A DNA stretch of 64,000 nucleotides, taken from an uncultured delta proteobacterium (GTDB lineage Bacteria > Myxococcota > UBA727 > VGSZ01). The stretch is taken from NCBI GenBank assembly GCA_963775425.1, contig CAVZJB010000008.1:64001-128000 (forward strand), read 5' to 3'. The position numbers and the translations under genes are program-made. Each line of letters opens with the position of its first letter. Position 1 is the stretch's first letter. The notes below the pieces were generated by a model. That model worked only from the letters and a program-made list of their open reading frames with translations, searched no databases and was not told the DNA's origin. Shown in pieces: positions 60,458 to 64,000 of this stretch.

Positions 60458-60850
60458 CTACGACAGGCAGGTGAAGAAGCAGAAGTCGAAGCAGAAGTTG
60501 CCGTCGCAGTATTCGGTGCACGTCTCGTTTTCGGTGCGCGACCGACAATCGTCGAAGCTCGCGGGCTCCGGGTCCGCGCAGGGAGGGTCGCTGTTGGCGG
60601 CCAGGTCGTCGCACTTGTCGCGCAGGGCCTTGTCGTCCTGAGTGCAGTCGTCGTCGACCGGCTTGGTGCATTCGACGGACTTCCGGCAATCCGCGCGCAG
60701 CCAGAGCACGCACGAGGCCTCCCAGGGCTCGAACGTCGCGAGCACGGCGGGGTCGGCGTCGACGATGACGTCGAGCTTCTTCTTGCCGTTCGTGTCCTCG
60801 GTCTCGCCGGGGCCGCAGGCGGAGGCGAGGAGGACCGCGGCGGCGATCAA
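60458..60850 (-). CDS. Cys-rich lipoprotein (start uncertain)
   Basis: Lipobox LASAC; many Cys ending CFDFCFFTC. Confidence 0.65.
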   Translation of the reverse strand: MIAAAVLLASACGPGETEDTNGKKKLDVIVDADPAVLATFEPWEASCVLWLRADCRKSVECTKPVDDDCTQDDKALRDKCDDLAANSDPPCADPEPASFDDCRSRTENETCTEYCDGNFCFDFCFFTCLS

Positions 60851-61070
60851 GAAGCCGCCGGCGAATTGCGACCGGCGGGAGCCGCCGCGCGAGTCGTGCC
60901 GCCGCCGCTCGCTCCGGCGACAATCAGGACGCCCCGCCCAATCGCAATTCGAATAATCGAATGGATCCCCATGAATCGATGCTAGGGGACGGTTGCCCGT
61001 GGCGCAATCGACGGATGCTCCCGCGCCGATCGATCGGGGCCGCTCCAGTCGCGGGCGCCCGCGTCATCGG

Positions 61071-61108
61071 CGTACGAAACGAAACGACCCGGCGTGTGCC
61101 GGGTCGTT
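61071..61108 (-). terminator. Intrinsic terminator after rpsB
   Basis: 11-bp stem aacgacccggc-N4-gccgggtcgtt running into TTTCGTTTCG on the minus strand. Confidence 0.75.
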
Positions 61109-61138
61109 CGTGCGAAGCAGGCCGTGAGGGCTCCTTCG

Positions 61139-62092
61139 TCAGGCGGGCGGCGAAGCCTCGACCGGGCCCGAGTCTTCCTTCTTGTCCTCGTCTTTCTTGT
61201 CTTCTTCCTTCTTCTCTTCGTCCTCGGTGCCGCCGCCGATGTCCTCGTCCTCGGTCTCGTTGGCCACCTGGCCGCCGGGGCGGCGGGCGCGGATGACGTC
61301 GACCTTGGGACCCTTCTTGCCACGCGGCTTCTTGTCGTCGCGCTCGGCGCGCTCGGCCTTGGGCTCCGTCTCTTCCTTCTCGCCGCCCTTGCTGCGCAGG
61401 TACTCCTGGTGGCGGGCGTTGCCCTCCGAGCAGGCGTCGGAGACCTTCTGCGTGAAGAGCTTGATGGAGCGGATGGCGTCGTCGTTGGCCGGGATGAGGT
61501 AGTCGATGCCGTCCGGGTCGCAGTTGGTGTCGACGAGGGCGATGATCGGGATGCCGAGCCGCTTGGCCTCGTCCACGGCGATGTGCTCGCGCTTGGGATC
61601 GATGACGAAGATGGCGCCGGGCAGCTTGTTCATGTCGCGGATGCCCGCGAGGTTCTTCTCGAGCTTCTGGAGCTCGCGGCTGAGCTGCACGACCTCTTTC
61701 TTGGGCAGGCGGTCGAAGGTGCCGTCCTGCTGCATCTTCTCCAGCGAGCGCAGGCGGTCGATGCCCTGCTTGATGGTCTTGAAGTTGGTGAGCATGCCGC
61801 CGAGCCAGCGGTTGTTCACGTAGAACTGGCCGGAGCGCTTGGCCTCCTCCGCCACGATGTCCTGCGCCTGCTTCTTGGTGCCGATGAAGAGCACCTTCTC
61901 GCCGCGCGCCACGAGCGTGGCCGCCTTCTCGTAGGCCCGGTCGAACAGGCCCACGGTCTGCTGCAGGTCGATGATGTAGATGCCGTTCCGCGCGCCAAAG
62001 ATGTAGGGCTTCATCTTCGGGTTCCAGCGGCGGGTCTGGTGCCCGAAGTGCGCGCCGCACTCGAGCATGTCTCTCATCGCGATGGTGGCCAT
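61139..62092 (-). CDS. rpsB: 30S ribosomal protein S2 with long charged C-terminal tail
   Basis: [41 protein letters not shown]; real start ATG 62092. Confidence 0.98.
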   Translation of the reverse strand: MATIAMRDMLECGAHFGHQTRRWNPKMKPYIFGARNGIYIIDLQQTVGLFDRAYEKAATLVARGEKVLFIGTKKQAQDIVAEEAKRSGQFYVNNRWLGGMLTNFKTIKQGIDRLRSLEKMQQDGTFDRLPKKEVVQLSRELQKLEKNLAGIRDMNKLPGAIFVIDPKREHIAVDEAKRLGIPIIALVDTNCDPDGIDYLIPANDDAIRSIKLFTQKVSDACSEGNARHQEYLRSKGGEKEETEPKAERAERDDKKPRGKKGPKVDVIRARRPGGQVANETEDEDIGGGTEDEEKKEEDKKDEDKKEDSGPVEASPPA

Positions 62093-62109
62093 GGCTGTCT
62101 CTCTCTTCC

Positions 62110-62255
62110 TGTACCGTCGGGTTGAATCCGCCACGCGTGAAGCGCCAATCAGCGCTGGTCGCGAACCCTGTGCCAACGGTCTGGCATCCCAGGGACCCCG
62201 CGACACCCCCGCGCAGACACCTCTGTCCGGCCGGGTCGTGCGTGTGTGTTGGGGA
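62110..62255 (-). promoter_or_regulatory. Probable S2 autoregulatory leader RNA (t44-like)
   Basis: Minus strand ACACACGC...GGGGGTG...CGTGGCGGATTCAACC resembles conserved rpsB leader elements. Confidence 0.55.
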
Positions 62256-62390
62256 CGCTCGTCGGACCCGGAGATCTCGACGGTGCGCCCCTCTTGAAAG
62301 GCCTGGTTTCCGTACCAGAGCCCGTCCGTGCCGGCAAGCAATGATCGGTTCGATCCAGCCGCGATCGCAGACCTCGTGTAGGGTCTGCGC

Positions 62391-63602
62391 GTGCGGACGC
62401 TCCCCCTCCTCTCGCTCGTGATGTGCCTCCTCGCCCCGTCAGCCCGCGCGGACGACCTCCTGCCCATCGCCGTGGGCCAGACCCGGGGCGGGATCCCGGT
62501 GGTCGCGGTGCAGGGCGGGCCGTGGGCGGTGGTCGACCTGCACGTGCGCACGGGCGACGCCCCGCTGACCCCGACCGAGCACCGCGCGCTCGACGCCCTC
62601 GGCCAGGCCCTCGCGGACGGAGCGCTGGCGCCGCGCGGGCGCCCGCTGTCCGCCGACGTCGACGCCGCCGGCGGCAAGGTGCGCGTCCGCGTCGACCCCG
62701 ACGGCCTCGTGGTCGCCTTCGGCGCGCCCATGGAGCGCTTCGACCTGCTGCTGCGCACCGTCGACGGCGTCCTGCGCGGGCGCGCCCGCCTGCAGCCCGC
62801 CACCCGCGCCCACGAGGTCCTGCCCACCGACGACGGTGCCGTCGATCCGCGGGCCCTCGCGCTGGCGCTGCCGGGCCTGCCCGCGGCGCTGCCGACGTCG
62901 GGCGCGACGGTGAGCGCCGGCGTGCTGCGGGACGCCGCGCAGGCGTTGCTGCGCCGCGGCCGCGTCGCCTTGAGCGTCGTCGGCCCCAAGCCGGGGACCG
63001 ACCTGCTCGGCGCCGTGCTGCGCGCGGTGACGGCGCCGCTGTCCGCCGGCGACGACGTCGACGCCGGCGTGTTCGCGCCGCCCAAGCTCACACCCGGCAC
63101 GCTCCTGTACGAGGCGCCGGACGCGGCGCAGAAGGGGGCGCGGGCGACGCTGTGGCTCCTCGGGCCCGGCCGGGGCCTCCCGGGCGCGAGCCCGAGGGAC
63201 CGCGCCGCCCGCGCCGTGCTCGCCCGCCTCGCCGGCGGCCGCGCCGAGGGCGCCGCCGGCCTGTTCGCCCTCGCCCTCGACGTCGAGAGCGCGCGCGCCA
63301 GCCGCATCGCCCGCGCCGAGGGCGCCCGCGTGAAGGCCCTGGTGGACGTCGCGCGCACGCCGCCGCCGCAGGACGTCGTCGACGCTGCGCGCACCCAGGA
63401 GCGGGCGGCGCGGCTGTCGCGCCTGAAGGACGCCGACGCCGTCGCCGACGCCCTGGGCCGCGCGCTCCTCGCCGGCGACGCGGGCCTCGTGCAAAAGGAG
63501 CTCGACGCGCTGAACGAGGTCACCGCCGCCGACGTCGCCCAGGCGGCGAAGCAGGCGGCGTCGGGGCCGCGGGTCGTGTTGCGCACGGTGGGCGCTCGAT
63601 GA
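62391..63602 (+). CDS. Secreted M16 peptidase-like protein, catalytically inactive type
   Basis: Signal peptide; C-terminal [13 protein letters not shown]; no HxxEH. Confidence 0.55.
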   Translation: MRTLPLLSLVMCLLAPSARADDLLPIAVGQTRGGIPVVAVQGGPWAVVDLHVRTGDAPLTPTEHRALDALGQALADGALAPRGRPLSADVDAAGGKVRVRVDPDGLVVAFGAPMERFDLLLRTVDGVLRGRARLQPATRAHEVLPTDDGAVDPRALALALPGLPAALPTSGATVSAGVLRDAAQALLRRGRVALSVVGPKPGTDLLGAVLRAVTAPLSAGDDVDAGVFAPPKLTPGTLLYEAPDAAQKGARATLWLLGPGRGLPGASPRDRAARAVLARLAGGRAEGAAGLFALALDVESARASRIARAEGARVKALVDVARTPPPQDVVDAARTQERAARLSRLKDADAVADALGRALLAGDAGLVQKELDALNEVTAADVAQAAKQAASGPRVVLRTVGAR

Positions 63603-64000
63603 CGACGAGGCCGTCCGCGGGGGCCGCGAGGGCCCGCCCCGCGTCGACGACCGCGCTGCTGCTCGCGGCGCTCGCCGTCGCCGGCACCGCGGCGCGCGCG
63701 CGCACCGAGGCCCCCGCGCCAGCGGCGCTCCCCGTGCGCGTGCAGGAGCGCCCGGAGATCCCCTGGCTCGTCGTCGTCGTCGCCCTCGACGCGCCCGCGT
63801 CGCCGGCGAAGCTCGCGGACCCCGTGCGGCCGACGGTGCAAGCGCTCTTCGACGCCGGCGGCGCCGTCGACGTCGAAGAGCGCCCCGACGGCGCCCTCGT
63901 CGTCGTCGAGGGGCCGCCCGCGGCGGAAGGGCTCGTCGTCGCCGCCGCCCGGGCGAGCGCCGCCGACGCCAAGGCCGCGCGCGCCGCGCTGTTCGTCGAG
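63599..64000 (+). CDS. Second M16-like secreted protein (runs off window)
   Basis: ATGA overlap, signal peptide, [16 protein letters not shown]. Confidence 0.5.
   Translation, partial: MTTRPSAGAARARPASTTALLLAALAVAGTAARARTEAPAPAALPVRVQERPEIPWLVVVVALDAPASPAKLADPVRPTVQALFDAGGAVDVEERPDGALVVVEGPPAAEGLVVAAARASAADAKAARAALFVE

Noticed and set aside
60901-60920. Partial copy of the GA-hairpin repeat (CCGGAGCGAGCGGC, minus strand)
   Set aside because: Lacks the GCGA 5' arm; a short GC-rich match could be chance
62093-63841. N-terminal extension of the 900-aa rpsB ORF
   Set aside because: Antisense to the M16-like genes and covers the rpsB leader; S2 starts at 62092

Overview
Very GC-rich chromosomal segment (roughly 70-75% by eye). 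Gene content points to a Myxococcota/deltaproteobacterium-like organism: a MYXO-CTERM protein, cysteine-rich lipoproteins, a Hanks kinase, a KaiC-like/response-regulator pair, a PPIase trio and a short OPX. About 55 genes are present, mostly housekeeping or envelope: PIN-PhoH, a GldA/F/G-like ABC system with DUF4340, MMPL, RsmB-family methylase, PPIases/SurA, aminomuconate meta-cleavage genes, glgC/glgA, arfB, TetR-alkB, tkt, EPS genes, SPFH and rpsB. I found no tRNA, rRNA, CRISPR array, integrase or transposase. The strongest non-obvious signals are: (1) a TAnnnT hexamer exactly 6 nt before the start codon of at least 11 genes, implying pervasive leaderless mRNAs; (2) a dispersed non-palindromic repeat (GCGACCGGAGGGAGC) at gene ends that can fold as a GA-sheared mini-hairpin, plus separate GTAG-type REP/REPIN elements; (3) a highly structured 440-nt intergenic region; (4) orphan effector-like proteins, including a ChaC-like enzyme with a long N-terminal extension; (5) rpsB terminated without tsf; (6) four unrelated surface proteins sharing (Glu-Gly)n linkers, one with a circularly permuted lamin-tail domain. 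Two single-base frameshifts look like sequencing errors. All family assignments are by-eye motif recognition, not database searches.
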